Below are positions 11,839 through 25,682 of a DNA stretch of 64,000 nt, piece by piece. The stretch lies in the NCBI GenBank assembly GCA_001938485.1, contig MQRK01250764.1:33326-97325 (forward strand), in the 5' to 3' direction. The notes beneath the pieces are model-generated. The model saw only the letters and a program-made list of their open reading frames with translations. It did not search any database and was not told the origin of the DNA. A program made the translations under genes and the position numbers. Position 1 is the first letter of the stretch. Each line of letters opens with the position of its first letter. This stretch comes from Girardia tigrina (Eukaryota).

Positions 11839-13739
11839 TTTAATTATTCAAAAATAAATTTAACATTTACTTTGCATTAACGTTGTGCTTTTTTAACAAA
11901 ATGTACGTGGGTCAAAATTTGACACGAACATCATTGATGATGAGGCTTTCCACCTGTTCATTGATTCAAAGAAGCCAGAATAATATTTCGAGCATGTCCG
12001 TAAGCTAATATATCGTTGACAAATGGTTGTGGATGATGATTTTCTGTATTTGATGAATATGTTTTATTGTGTAAATAATATTTTTCAACGAATAAATTGT
12101 TTCTGTTGTGTATTAGACCTTTTTGGCCAACCTAGTAAAATATGAAGAAAAGGAAATATTTGTTTAAATTGTGTTTAATAAATCGATTTTTACTTTTCTT
12201 ATAAATATAATTTTTAATTATTATGAAAAAGAAAATAGACGTAACTAACAAATTTTAAATATATTTCATAAATAAAATAATTTTCTTAAAAAAGAAAAAT
12301 GGCTAAATAATTAAAAAAATATTTTTATTATAATATAAATATCAAACAATATAAAATCCCTTAAAAAAATATATTTCAGGACAGATTATCATTCTCAAGT
12401 TTCCTCGTAAACCACAGACAATATTTTAATTTATTGTAATTTTATCTTTCGACTGCAGCTATTATAAAAATTTCCTTTCCAATTATATCATTTCGACTAA
12501 TTTCCCTTCATAATTGTGTTTCTCGCCTCTCTTTTGTCTCAGTATGGTTGAATAATTATTTTTTAAATCCATAGCGTTTTCAAATTCATAATAATAAGAA
12601 TCAGACAAAACGAATATTTTGACCTTCTTCAAGAAGGGTTAGTGTTAGGGCTCTCGGAAAGCCAGCTGGATTTTATTGTCTCATACTAGATGTCTTGAAA
12701 ACCAGCTGCTTGTCCCAACAATGCTTGTTGCCCCCTCCAACGTCTCCTTCTTGTTGTACCCACTTACTTGTATCGATGGTTGCTAGGCTCTAAATTAAAT
12801 AATACTAACTTTTTTCTACTAAGCATAAAGTCAGTGATGGAACGGATGTTGCTTTGGTAAAGTAATGTACACATGAAGAGTCCGGGCACTTGTAAATGAA
12901 ATTTTAAATTGCCTTACATATTAAGAAGAAACACTTCGATTAATTTTGATAGTAACAAAATAGTAATAAAATTTAATGTCGCTTTGAATGGAGGAAATAC
13001 TAAAAATTTCATTATCCACAGATTTTTGTACTCTTCCGCGACGACGTACCAAACGACGTACTTGATGTTTGTACTTAAGGGAGGAGTCAGGTTTTATTAA
13101 GATGTGATTTTAGATTTTTTAATTAAATGTTTTTATTGTCTTTAAAAACGAATTTAATTTATTGTAACAAAAGTCTATCTTATATATTGTACAAAAACTA
13201 TTTTACAAAAAACTTGATAATTGTGTCTTCCATAACGGTGATTAAAGAATGAATTATATTAAAACTGTGGTGGAGCGCGGTGTACCGAAAAAGCAAATAT
13301 CCTCTTTGATTTTATTGGTGTTCCCCAAGAGAACTAATTTTGTTGTATAAAGTAATGTGCTTTAGTCCATAGAAAATTTGGTCCGGTTCTTAGAAACTTA
13401 CAGAATTAATTTTTCTTATCAATTTAGTATAGAAAATATTGAACACCTTTTTCAACTTTTATTTTAATAATTAATTTCGGTTGATTTCTAATCACCTCTA
13501 GACTAAATTAATATTAAATTGTCAAGCTATTATATGAGAGGTAATAAATGTTATTGATCTAATCAATTGCTTAATTGAGTCTCCTTTTGAGAACTTTTAA
13601 GAGAGAGGTTGAGTATGAAGCTTCAATATTATTTTTCGAACATATTGATCTTATTATTAGGGCCGCGCAAATAACTATTTCCTAATAATGTTAAAATCAA
13701 TTTCACAGAATTTGAAAATCATTTGCTTTTATTTTCCGT

Positions 13740-13930
13740 TTACATTTTAAATTATTTTCCGCGTAATTGCTTCCATTATCCAATTGACAATGTTCTTTAT
13801 CTGTTTGCGGAAATTCCAAGATGTATCTCCAATGTATGTGGCGTTATACCCATTACAAGTATATTTAGATACCAGATCATAAACAGAGGTGTATGAAAGT
13901 TATTGTTGAACATATCGTGAATTTAATATG
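13740..13930 (-). mobile_element. Penelope-like GIY-YIG fragment
   Basis: LVSKYTCNGYNATYIGDTSWNFRKQI matches VYKxxCxxCxxxYIGETxR. Confidence 0.7.
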
Positions 13931-14007
13931 GTCGTGAAATAAATTTTAAGTTCATAGTATTTATAATTACTTCTTTCAAAATGAAAAATAGATATTTGAA
14001 TAATTGT

Positions 14008-14100
14008 TGTGAGGAATGTTTTGAATTGTGTGTTGATATTGCGCATGTTTTATGTTGATTCGGATTGTGTCTCTCCTGCACAGATGGATGATTGGTATTT
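14008..14100 (+). repeat. Dispersed bipartite repeat copy (LTR start or TIR)
   Basis: TGTGAGGAATGTTTT, TG-rich spacer, then GTGTCTCTCCTGCACAGATGGATGATTGG; followed at 14600-14770 by degenerate GACGATCTGAATT tandem units. Confidence 0.7.
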
Positions 14101-17100
14101 TCTTTGATTCCTACTAATTAAAAATAATTTAATTTAATTTTAAAGTAAAAATATTTAAAATAATTTTTGAATATATTATTTATTTTTTAATGTAATTTAA
14201 AATTTTAATATTTTAATTTAATATGTACTTTTCTAAAAATGATTAGATTTAATTTTAACCAATTTGATTCTTTATAATTAATAATTTTTATTAATATATT
14301 TTCATTTATTGAAAATAATTAGTATGAATTCAGAAATATATTGATCAAGAAAAATGTTTAATATTGAATGCGCTTGTGATAATAATAAATATTGTAAAAC
14401 ATATATTGATTTTGTTAATAATTGTTATTTTTAAACCGAAAAAAAAGAAATCTTTGTTAAGGTTTGGTGGCGTGATTAGCCGAGTGCATGCCAAAATAGG
14501 ATTGGCTGAACTTTGGCGAAGACTTGAGAGTATTTGAAAAATAACAAGTCAAAAGACTCACTCTGATTGGTCAGACAATCAAATGAATTTCCAAATTCGT
14601 CGACGATCGGAATTATTGTTTACGATTTTAATATCTGAACGATCTGAATTAATTTACGATTTTTAATATTAGAACGATCTGAATTATTGCATAAATTGGA
14701 TTTTTGCTAAAGAACTGAATCATTGTTCATTATTTTAATACATATTGACGATCAGAATCCTTACTGGAGGATTTTTATTTGCTGATGATTTAGAATTTCG
14801 TAGAAATGTTTTAAAACGAAATAAAAATTTTTTTCGTGATAGAAAATTTGTTAAAAAACACCACAGCACTACAAAATCATGACTCTGCTACCACTTATAA
14901 GATTCTGGGGCAACTTAGAGACTGCCGGAACACATTTACTTTTTATAATTTATATAAAAATTAAAGGAAGCTTGTAAAATGCCGCATTACAATTTATTAA
15001 CTTGTTTATAATAACAATGGTTTAGATTCGCAAAATTGTCAATTTTTTTATTTCAGATCAAATTATCAGATCTGTTTTTAATAAAAATTAAATAATTTAT
15101 ATGATTTTAAATTCTTCATATTAAATAATTTATAATAAATTACATTGCAATTTATTGAAAAGTAAAAAAAACTTTTAAGTGTAAACACTGGTTTGTACGA
15201 ATTATCCAAATATCGAAGCATTCGTTCCCAAAGACGAGTTAACAGATGCGTTGCCGCGTACACGAATACGCGCGCTTGCCTGTTCAAACGTTAGTTGCCA
15301 CTGGTTACTTACCAGTGCTTATACGTGTCATAATCGCGCCAGACGTTCGTTTTTTTATTTACATTTTATTTACTTTTATGAATGAATTGCAAGTTTTTAT
15401 TTTAAAGTTCTGAAAAAAAGGTTTTGGCCTCTAGCAAATGTTTTATTCTTTATATTGTTGCTATGATAGTCCAAAGAAAATTAAAAACCATTAAAAATTA
15501 AACCTGGTTTTCGAGCATTTTGACAAGACGAAGAATGATTGAAATTTTATGAGTTTTACTTTTATTCTATCTTTGTTAATGTGAGAGGTGGTTGCAACAT
15601 CGATATTCGAGTTCATTTTTTTAACACCAAAATTTATTTATCTAACGATTTGCATATTTAAAACAAATTTTCCTGTTAATTTAATTATCTCGCCACAAAT
15701 TAATATATTAAATTATTTTCGATTAAATTTTTAAAAACCTGAAAATTTATTTCAAAAATTATTTAAAATTGCTTATTAAAAATATTTTTATTTATAAAGA
15801 AATATTTTATAGTTTTCTTAACATTTTTTATTTTAAGATATTTAATAGATACATTAAAAGATATTTTTCATTTTTAAATAAATATTTAATTTTTTATGCT
15901 TTTCTTTTATTATATCATTTTAAATTTTTTAAAATATTTAAAAACACATTAAAAATATATTATTTTTAAAAACGTTTTTGATTTTTAATAGTTGTTTTAT
16001 TATTCATTTTTAATTTTAAAATATTGAATAAGCATATTAACATTAAAATATTTTACCCCTTTAAATTAAAAAAAATAATAAATTATTCTGGCGAGATAAA
16101 AATTTAAATTAACCCCTCATAGTGAAGTTAGAGTCTCTTAAATAGGATAAGAATAGACAGAATTTAAAAATTTAGTTTTTATTCAGAATAAAATCGAATT
16201 ATGGGATAAATAAAACTGAAAGGAGAGGCAAGAAATAAAATTGAAACTATTCACTGTTTTCCTATTTGACTAATGAGGTGATGGACGACAGTAAAAATAT
16301 AAAAAGAGACCTCTTTTATTCTCTGACGAAATTTGTTGCTTTGCAGTATTTATGGCATTGCCAGTTGAGCTTTCAATTAATATTTCCAAAATTAGACGGA
16401 AACACATTGTTTATGTGAAGTACAAAAAGCCAAATTATCCCTTCAAAACTTATTATCAAGAGTTTAAAGAATTGTACTAGAAAATTTATTGAAAAGAGAA
16501 TTATTTTCTAAGGAATAAAACCCATTACGTATTTAAAAGTAATTCAATATTCCTAAAATATTGTTTATTTATTATTTTTATAGTATTTTTTTAGATTTTA
16601 TGGTTGTATTTTAAAAATATTGTATTGTTGGGTTCGTGACCAACGATATAGTTCATCACACAAATATTTATTTATATAACAATTATTCAAACAAATTTAT
16701 GAGTGTGAGAGATTGTTGTGTGTATGAAGTTTTGAATGTCATTGTATGCTGTCTCTGCCAAAAATATTTGCCAAATTAAATTTAATTGTTTTCAAATAAA
16801 CTAATGTATTTAAATTTCCTTAAAATTAACAGAAATTGAATTTTATAAATTGAAATAAATTTTTATGGAAAATAAAATACACAATTGTTTTAATAATTAT
16901 AATTCGGTAAATATTTTAAAAATTAAGTAAGCTTGGTCAGTTCCCAGATCTCAACAAGAGTGAATTAAAGAAGAGCCCTACAGAAGAAGATAACAGATTA
17001 TTGTATTATCAATATAGATTTAGAACAATCTTCGTGTTCTGCTTTTCACAAAGAGAAACGATTTTGTCCTACTTTTGAATCAACCAGATGCAAATTTTAA

Positions 17101-17720
17101 TTATTTAAAATATATTGTTTAAAATTGTAAAATTAATTTTCATACTTTTTTATTTTAAATTTCATAATTAAATGTTAAATCATATTTTCAAAAATGTTGT
17201 ATATTTTTAAAATGTATCTTATAATATTTTGATATTTAATATACGATTTATTTTATTTCTTTAAGAAATTATAATTTTTTTGAAACGAAACACTTTTTAA
17301 AATTTATTTTGAATATTTTCTTTTATCTTAAATTTTATACATTCATGAATCTACTTCCTTTTTATCTTGTATTTAATTTGTAAAACTATTGATTCTGTTT
17401 TAACATTTTGAACATCCTATCCTTAGTTTCTTCTAAAAAATATTTAGTTTATTATCTTAAAATCTCTTTTTTAAATAATATTCACTTATTTAATTTATAG
17501 CATATGTAAAATGTTTTCAACAATAATTTTTAAATTCTAATTTAATGAAATATTTTAAATCCTAATATTAAGAATACTAACAGCCGAAGTCTTAATTGAT
17601 TAATTGGAATTCGAACGGCTGTTGGCCGATGAGATTAAGGTATTTGAAGATAAATGTCATCCCCATTATCATGTGAGTATCGAAGAATATCGAGAACGGC
17701 ATGAAACGTTCGAAAAATCT

Positions 17721-17722
<2 letters not shown>

Positions 17723-17759
<37 letters not shown>

Positions 17760-17762
17760 ATA
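17723..17762. repeat. (AT)n/(TG)n microsatellite at the mariner end
   Basis: Direct reading. Confidence 0.9.
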
Positions 17763-18940
17763 TAGGGTGAACCAAAAGTCTTTTCGTATTTTTATTAAAA
17801 ATTTAAACATAATTTTACAACAAATAAAACACATTTAAGTTTCAAAGTAAAGGCCATTTGAATCTATAGCTTGAACTCATCTATGGGCAAGTTGTGCGAT
17901 CCCGCTGCGGTACCAAACCTTGTTCTTAGAAGCGAAGAACTGGTGACACCCGTTTTCGACCTCGGCCAGATTATTGAAGCTGCGACCACGAAGAAAGTGT
18001 GCCACAGAGCGGAAAAGGTGATAGTCGGATGGCGCAAGATCCGGACTATACGCTGGGTGTGGAAGATGTTCAAAGGCGACGAGATTTTTGATTTTTTCCT
18101 TTGTTTGTTTGGCGGTGTGCAGTTTTGCATTGTCTTGTTGTAGAAGAACTCGCTTTCGATTGATCAAAGCGGGGTATTTCTCGTCAAGTGCCGCATACAT
18201 TCGATCAAGTTGGGCGCACTAAAGATCAGTGTCGATAGTACGGCGATTTGGAACCAGCTCGAAGTGAATAACGCCTTCGAAATTCCACCAAACACACAGA
18301 AGTGCCTTTCTTGAGAAACAATCTCGTTTTGCTACCGGTTTTGCCATTTGTCCGGGGTCCAACCATTGATTTTGTTGGTCTGGATTACTGAAGTAAACCC
18401 AATTTTCATCACAAGTTACAATTCGACGGATGAAACGGTCATCGCGCAGATTTTCAAGCAATTTTTGACAAGTTTCGAAATGCTTTTCGACTTGAATTTG
18501 TGTCAATTTATGAGGCACTTCTCGATATCGTCTATTGACATTGTCAAGAGCGTGAAGGTGTCATACAATGGATGTTTGAGGAATATCAAATTTGGCCGAC
18601 AATCTGCGAGTACTTATTAACGGATTTGTCTCGACGGCTTCATGAATTGCTCCGGAATCTACGGTGATAGGTCGGCCTGAACATGCATTGTCTCCGAGGT
18701 CAATGTCGCCTTCATTGAACCTTTTGAACCAATTTTGTGCAGTACGATTTAAGACCACATTATCGCCTTCAACTTCGCATATCTTCTTTGCTGCTGCAGT
18801 TGCGTTTAAGCCCGGTTTCCAGTAATGGCGTAAAACAATTATTGAAATTCAAACTATATTGATTTATTTAATAACACAAAAAAACTGAAATTTGCGATTA
18901 AAATTTATTATCTTAGGTCGGATACAAATTGAACGCACCA
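17763..18940 (-). mobile_element. mariner (DD34D) transposon, transposase broken by stops and frameshifts
   Basis: AQNWFKRF...SGRP, PHKLT, IVTCDENWVYF, LCVWWNFEGVIHFEL, QDNAKLH, HPAYSPDLAPSDYHLF; TIR-like TAGGGTGAACCAAAAG at 17763; the other TIR is not clearly preserved. Confidence 0.92.
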
Positions 18941-21474
18941 ATATTAATTATTATTTTAATAATTATTTTTGTAGGCAAAATTAAGAAATAAATGATAAAT
19001 AATTACATGTTATAATTATATGTAAATATAGAATTATAAATTTTTTTCTAACTTAATTGCCTAACAATTATAATTATTTACTAATTTCTTTATAAATATA
19101 TTAGAAAAAATTTTTTTTGAAATAAAATATATTAAAAAATATAAATAACATAAATTGGTTTAATTATTTTTAAATTATAATACGAAAGAAATTTATCAAA
19201 AAATTATCTCATTTTATCTAACAAAGAAAAAATTGCTTTGAAATTTAAGAAATAATAAATTTAATTATTTCGATAAAATAATTTGGTTTCACGATTCTTT
19301 ATAGATAAAATAAATTAATAAAATTATACATTATTTATTATGAATAAAAGGAATAATTTTTGAAATTTTCTTTATATTTTTTCAAATTATAATTAGTAAA
19401 AGATGCTTTAATCAATAAAATATAAAACGAAATATAAAAAAATATAAAAAGAAATTTGTATAAAATTAAAAAAAAGAAAATATAAGAGGATGTTCATATT
19501 TAATGTTTAAAATAAATTTTATGTTAAAAGTATTATTTAAATGAAAAAAATGAATAATTATTTATATTTTTCCCTATATTCATAGTCTAATTTTTATCAA
19601 AATTTTAGAAAAATTGAGGATTTAGTTCATTCGGAAAAGTACGGATGAATTCCTCTTGTGACATTCTTGGACGGTCGGGAGAATTTGTATCTCGAAGTGA
19701 CATTGACAGTTTCATTATGGTCTTCCCGTGGAGTATTTAAAATTTTCGGAAAAATAAACAGAATTTGGAGAATAATTAGTACTAGTGATATTCGTTCTAA
19801 AATTGGTATTGCAAGCAACGGACAAGAGGAAGCTGTAATTAATTCATTTATCTAAAGAAATTATTTAAAACTTTATTCATATATTTTATATTTATTGATT
19901 TTTCGAAACTTTAAATTATTTATTAAAAAATCTTTAACAAAAATAATATAAATAAAGAAATATTTGAGATTTTAATACAAAAGAAATTGTTTTCGGTATA
20001 AAGAATTATACAAACATATCTTTCTATATCACTTTGGTTTTGATTCTTTTTACTCTCGATAACGTCTTTCTTTATCCTATGCGAATATATATTCATAATC
20101 GAAATTTTAAATTATTTATATATTCAATGAAATTTGTGATTTTGTTTAGTTGTCTGTGTTTTCATATGCTAATGTGTTCACTTGCCAGGGGGCTCAGCCA
20201 TCTATCCGCCTTTCAAATGTTTATATATCTGGATACCGTATAAAAGATACAAAAATCACAATTTTTGTAATTCAAAAACTAGCTCGTTTTATGCTTTGGG
20301 AAAATCTCAAGGCCAGATATTATTTTTCATTGAGAAAAAATATTTAAATAAAGCTGAATAAATTCCGAATTAGTCAGTTTAAGATGCTCACCACCTTTTT
20401 ATGCACCTAATTTTTTTGCAAAACCAAATATGAAAAAAATTTATTAAACTTAAATGTCTGATTTACAACTAGAAGTAAATTAATTTTGACAGGAAACCAC
20501 CAAATTTTTTATATAGTACATTTTAGTACAGTATTGAAAACATTTAACGAAAACTATTCAAATATGGAGATTATTGTGGTTAACCAATCAAGCATAATGT
20601 CACGTAGGATGCCTGGGAAACTAGATTTGGTAAAATTCCGTATCTAGACTAAAGTGTCACAAAGCTTGCATTTGCTTGTATGCCGTCCAGTACCGAAATA
20701 GTAGGAGAACTTGTGAACCATAAGACAATGTTATTTCCAAGAGGGTTTATGGAAAAGTTTAAATGGGTCCCGTAATTTTTGGGTGCTTCTAGCTCGAGAG
20801 ACTGAGACTCAAACTAACTCTTGAAAGAATTTTAGACTAATTAGTTCTTTAGATATCCATAACATACCCTCGGGGGTGAGAGAGGTATATAAAACTAAAA
20901 ACTAAAATGCTTAAGTGGCGAAATACGTTTCATTAATTGCGTCATTATTTTAACAAAGTACAATAGAATAAGTTTATGGGGTAGGTATCTAAAATGTAAT
21001 TAAAGAAGAGGACGTTTTGGGTAAAGAGTATAGATTAAACGTTAGGAAGAATTACAAGTTCAACTTAAATAAATTTATTACATCTTCCCCTCGCCAAAAT
21101 ATTTTTTCACTTTTTTTAAAAAACATATTTGGTCGAACTACTTAATAGAGGAAGGAACAATAGGAACCAAAATACTTTCGAATCGGAAGACTTTATGTTT
21201 GCTATACGACGGATTTACTGCATTAATTTTATTTTTATAAAAAACTGTCTCAAAGTTAACTAACGATAAATTTAAAATAATTAATCTGAAACAAGTTAAA
21301 ATTATTTTATCTGAAATGTTTTTTCAAATGAATATTTTAATAAAATTCTCTACAATTAGCAATTAAAAAAAGTGAGATTAAAGAATTTAATTAAAATAAT
21401 TGTAAATAAATTTCAGACAAATTAAAAAAAGCAGGTAAATCAAAATTAAGAAGCAAATTAAAAATAATTTTTGT

Positions 21475-21910
21475 ATAGTAATTTCGTCAGTTTAACCGTC
21501 ATCTTCAGAACATGTGATTTTTGCCGGCTGTGATTAGGTAATTGATTCGTTTTTTATTTACACCATAAAAACTTTCAATAAAATTGTAGATTACATTTGG
21601 AACAGTAATTTTAGGATCCAAGGATCTTGTATAAAACGCTTCTTATCTCTTGTACAATTGTAATTCTTAAATAAAGTGTACAGACTTTTAAAGTATTGGT
21701 ATTGACTTTCTCTTTACAATGCTTTCTGTGTCGATCATAATTACTTCCATTTTAAATATGACTTTGTTCCTGGATTTCTTTACAGAGACTTCGTGTTATC
21801 TTTGTTAGCGAACATAGGAACGCAGTCATAATGAAAGTAGTAGTATTATTTAATTTGCATTCGGAAAGCATTTTTTGTTCTGTACGGGATATATCTAACG
21901 GTGTTTATTG
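21475..21910 (-). mobile_element. Penelope-like 3' end (decayed GIY-YIG C-terminus plus hammerhead-bearing terminus)
   Basis: GATCCTAAAATTACTGTTC matches GATCCTAAAATCAATGTTC at ~40976; CTGAAGATGACGGTTAAACTGACGAAA matches 41106-41132. Confidence 0.65.
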
Positions 21911-21914
21911 TATC

Positions 21915-22000
21915 TTGTGTTTTGTATGTTGTTTTTAGGATTTTGTTTTTCCTATCCAGATGGAAGATTGATATTTTGAATGTTTTGAACCATCGGATTA
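21915..22000 (+). repeat. Dispersed bipartite repeat copy (5'-truncated)
   Basis: TG-rich run followed by CCTATCCAGATGGAAGATTGATATT. Confidence 0.7.
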
Positions 22001-22934
22001 TTTGGAAATTTTTGAAATGTATATAACAACTTTAAAATTAAATTTAGATATTTAGTTCAATTATATATATATTATTTGATTTGTTTGTGGATGGCAACGT
22101 AGCCGAGATCACCAGTGCAAATAGGGCATTTGCGTAGCGCAATAAAAATTGAAATATTTCGATGTGGAAGTCTGTTCACTGATCGAGAATAAATACGACA
22201 GAAATTTTAGTCAAAAAGTAATAATAGATTTGTTTAACAAAGATTTCCGAACGGTTAACTCAATGAAACAGTCATAGAGGTCCCCCTTATCAATGAGGGG
22301 TATCCGCAATCTAAAACGATTCTGTCTCAAACAAATGATCATTTTTATCAAAGGAAAATAATTAACAGAGTTTTATCGATTGTTTACTCCATTGCAAGTG
22401 TTATAGAATTTTTAAGTTATCGTTCACTGGAAAATCTGTTTGATCAAATTTTCATTGAATCTCAACAATTAGAATTCACCTTTGATAACAAAGTGTTCAA
22501 TCCAGATTTTTCTGTTGTCAAAATTAGTAAAGGAACAGATTTTTCATTTGTAAATGTTTGAATATACATTTTTTTTAATTATAAAGAATGTTTGCATTTA
22601 ATTATTTTTGTATAAATGTAATTAGACTAAAAATATTGTTGAAGAAAAAATCTTTGTAAAAATAATATACGTGTATTTTTTTTATTGAACGATAAAAATT
22701 TTCTGATGACAAAGCATGTTTTGAAGATGTATTTTTTTAAATGCAATATTTGAATTTTGATCGATATTAACGATTAATAATTTTGGGTGTTTTAATTGAT
22801 CCTTGTTGATTTTAAGCGGCGCGAATTTGATATGGAAAAAAATTGTAAATATTGTACCTTCAATCAAATATTTCTCATATCATTATTATTTTGAATTTCT
22901 CGACGATTTTTCTTGTTTTTCAAATATAAATTTA

Positions 22935-23402
22935 ATGACCGGAGAAAAAGATTGGGATGATTTGAGTCGAATATTCAGGACGCTAGAGACCACATCGGAT
23001 GAAAAATTAGTCGCCTTCAGTTGTTTGGGGTTGCGAGAAAACAGAGAAATGAAAACAAGTGCTGATTCAAGCGCCAGTTTGAAAGATGAATCTCTATTTG
23101 AAACATTGTCGATCGATATCAGACGGATTCTACACCGGCCGAGTGAGGTAAATGATAAAATGTGGAATCAGTTGCACCCAGACAACTCTGAAGACAAGAA
23201 AGTCGGTCAAGACAGTGCTCTTTCAATCTCATCAGCTAATGATCACACAATGCAGAGACACCGTGAAATTCTAATCGTTTATCAGCGCGAATATTGGCGT
23301 TCGCGAAATAACATTATTATTTTTAGAGAGCGCGAGAAGTTATTAAAAGCGATGAGAATTGAAGATATCGGTCCCGAAACATGTATTCAAAATATTCTGT
23401 GA
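22935..23402 (+). pseudogene. GOSR1: Golgi SNARE GOSR1/Gos28 N-terminal region; no SNARE or TM exon found
   Basis: WDDLSRIFRTLE..DEKLVAFS, LFETLSIDI, VNDKM, HTMQRHREIL, REREKLL, RIEDI align with GOSR1 WEDLRKQARQLE..DLKLVSFS, MFETMAIEI, VNDKM, HTLQRHRDIL, RERENLM, RKDIE. Could be a first exon rather than a pseudogene. Confidence 0.8.
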
Positions 23403-24280
23403 GATTGAGTTGTAATCCCCCTCTCCCTGTCCTGGAACCTCCGATTTCCCAACCCCGGGACCCCGGAGTCATGCTGCTCCGCTCTCATACCAATATAATA
23501 TATATAACTGAGAACCACTCGAAATCAATCAAATATAATATCAAACGATTTTCTTTTTCTCAATCAATTTAAATAGATTTGTATTATCGAGTTAAAGAGA
23601 AGATTTGATTAGATGATTGGAAAATTGTTACCAAGTGAATACAATTAAGTGATTAAAACAAATGGAAAATTTTTATCATTTGTTTTTGTGATTTTTGTTC
23701 ACTTTTGAACAATTGTTTTTGAATAGACCAATTGGGTCAATGAGATGGTGTTTTTTGTGGTGTGTGTATGTTTGGCCAATGGCGAACAAGTTGGAGTGTG
23801 TGTTTGGAAATTGAATTGTTGTATCGAATCAATTTTGTAATGTTAAAAAAATCAATTTTCAATTTCTGTATAAAAAAAACAATTTAACAATGCAATGGCT
23901 CAATCACTTTCTTTTTCTTGCAATGTGATGACAATTCAGTGATGATCTATTTAAAAAACATTGTGTTAAGAAATGATTCAAGTTAATAAATGAAGGTTTT
24001 TGCTGAATAAAAAGTGATCGATTTAAATTTAATTGCACCAAACGAAACTCTTGCAAATTATAAATGATTAAGAATTTTCTTGCTGATAATTATTATATCA
24101 TTTTCATAAAGAAAATTTCAAATTTAAAAATTTTTTGTACAGATTCAAAAAAAACTTTGGAGTTATACTGATAAATTAAGTAATTCAGAAACAGAATCTG
24201 TATTAGAAATATTTAATCAAAATATTTCTTGTAATGATAATTTTGAATTCAAAATAGATTCAAATGTCGAAAATTCGGCC

Positions 24281-25170
24281 GTGAAATTATTTCAATGTTT
24301 AAAAATTTCGATAATAACTGATGAACAATTTAAAATCATCAAGTTATTCGAAGTTCAGTCGGAGAAATGTTATGACGTATTATTTTCTAACTTCGTGTCT
24401 GCGCGAGGCAGATTTGTCCAGACAGTTGAACTGTTTCCGCCTGTTAAGGACTTCTATGTCTGTTATAATAAATTTTCTCTCGTACTCGTCTGTCGTAATC
24501 CCAAAACTATCGATATTAAAATTTTGAAAAGCGATATTTTGGAGAATGAATTAAAAATGATGGCACCAAATGTGTGTCTGCAAAATAAATCGATTGTCAA
24601 ATCCACGATTGATAATAAGAGCGACAAAAATCGGGTTAAAGGTGACAGTTGTCATAGATTAGATACAAATCGATCATTCATGCGGTTCTGTGATGACATA
24701 TCGACGGAACTACAGATGGGATCAATCGTATGAGCACGTGCTCCGGGAATTTGTTGGTGGTCAGCTATTCTTGGTGAAGAAACTGAAAAAGCCTCTGCTG
24801 AGATACAACAGTTGATTGTAACGTAATGATTTATTTTATCATGGAAATGTATTTAAAATGCAATAAAATATTTTAAAAATAATTGATGCAAGAGCGTGCG
24901 CAGCGCGGCTGCAGCACCCTGAAGTCAGGGGGCGGTGGTAGGGTCCGGGGGGATAAATAATTATTTTCTCATTGGTTACATGAATATTGTCTTCTTTTTA
25001 ATCAATTTTGAATCGCTGATCTTTGCCCAAAGAAAGCAATTGATCGATTCCATTCGATACTTCGATATTCATTTTCGTAGTTTGATTAATGCTAAGACCG
25101 AGACAGTCAGTATCAAGGAAAATCGCTCAAGGAAAAAAGCCTCAGCAGAGTCTCAAGTTGTGGTAGTGAT
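24281..25170 (+). pseudogene. Unidentified coding-like relics
   Basis: 150-aa ORF followed by two similar pieces (EKASAEIQQLIV ~24785; KKASAESQVVV ~25135); no family recognised. Confidence 0.25.
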
Positions 25171-25682
25171 CTATCAGTCAATACACACAGCATAACGATC
25201 GTAGAACAAGAACTGACTGTTGGAATGATCTCTGTCTTGAACTGACCCGGAAGAAAATATAATCTGCACCTGATCTCGCGATGATCAATAATCTCTGGCA
25301 CGTGACACGCGATCCGCTCGTTCCATGCTGGATGGCGGTCGAGAGCGACTTGCACATTTTCCAAAACTCGACTATCATCGAAACACATCTCTATTCCATT
25401 AAAATAAACCAAATCATTTGTGACATCGATATCAAACTTTAATTTCAACCATTCGAGAATATCGCGTCTTAACATCACGTATTACTTGGAATTAGAGCTA
25501 ATCGGAATGACATGATACGAATTGTTACATTGCAAATGCTAGTAAAATACATAAACTAAACTGGAAACTATAATGTCCATATCGGACGATTCATTGCCGA
25601 TAATTAACCATTTCGGTTTATCTGAATTCAAAATTTTCTTTCGTGAGGAAATGAAATCATCAAATGAAATAATTGTATTCAT
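25113..25682 (-). pseudogene. PRUNE1: Prune/exopolyphosphatase (DHH family) pseudogene, N-terminal domain
   Basis: From the ATG at 25682: LIIGNESSDMDIIVSSLVY, LRRDI, ALDRH (DHH), EIIDHR, VSSCSTIV align with Prune GNEACDLDS, LRGDI, LVDHH, EVLDHR, VGSCATLV; in-frame TAG (25539-25541) and TAA (25482-25484). Confidence 0.85.

Noticed and set aside
14590-14790. Spaced GACGATCTGAATT repeats as a CRISPR-like array
   Set aside because: Degenerate tandem units with similar spacers in eukaryotic repeat DNA; no cas genes.
19620-19855. Exon-like block faintly resembling RhoGAP (RGVFKIFG)
   Set aside because: The catalytic Arg is absent and the similarity is too weak to call.
25482-25541. In-frame TAA/TAG in Prune as evidence of a ciliate-type genetic code
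   Set aside because: The STX16 exon and the ankyrin gene read without internal TAR codons, the ankyrin gene ends in TAA, and Prune's catalytic motifs are also decayed.
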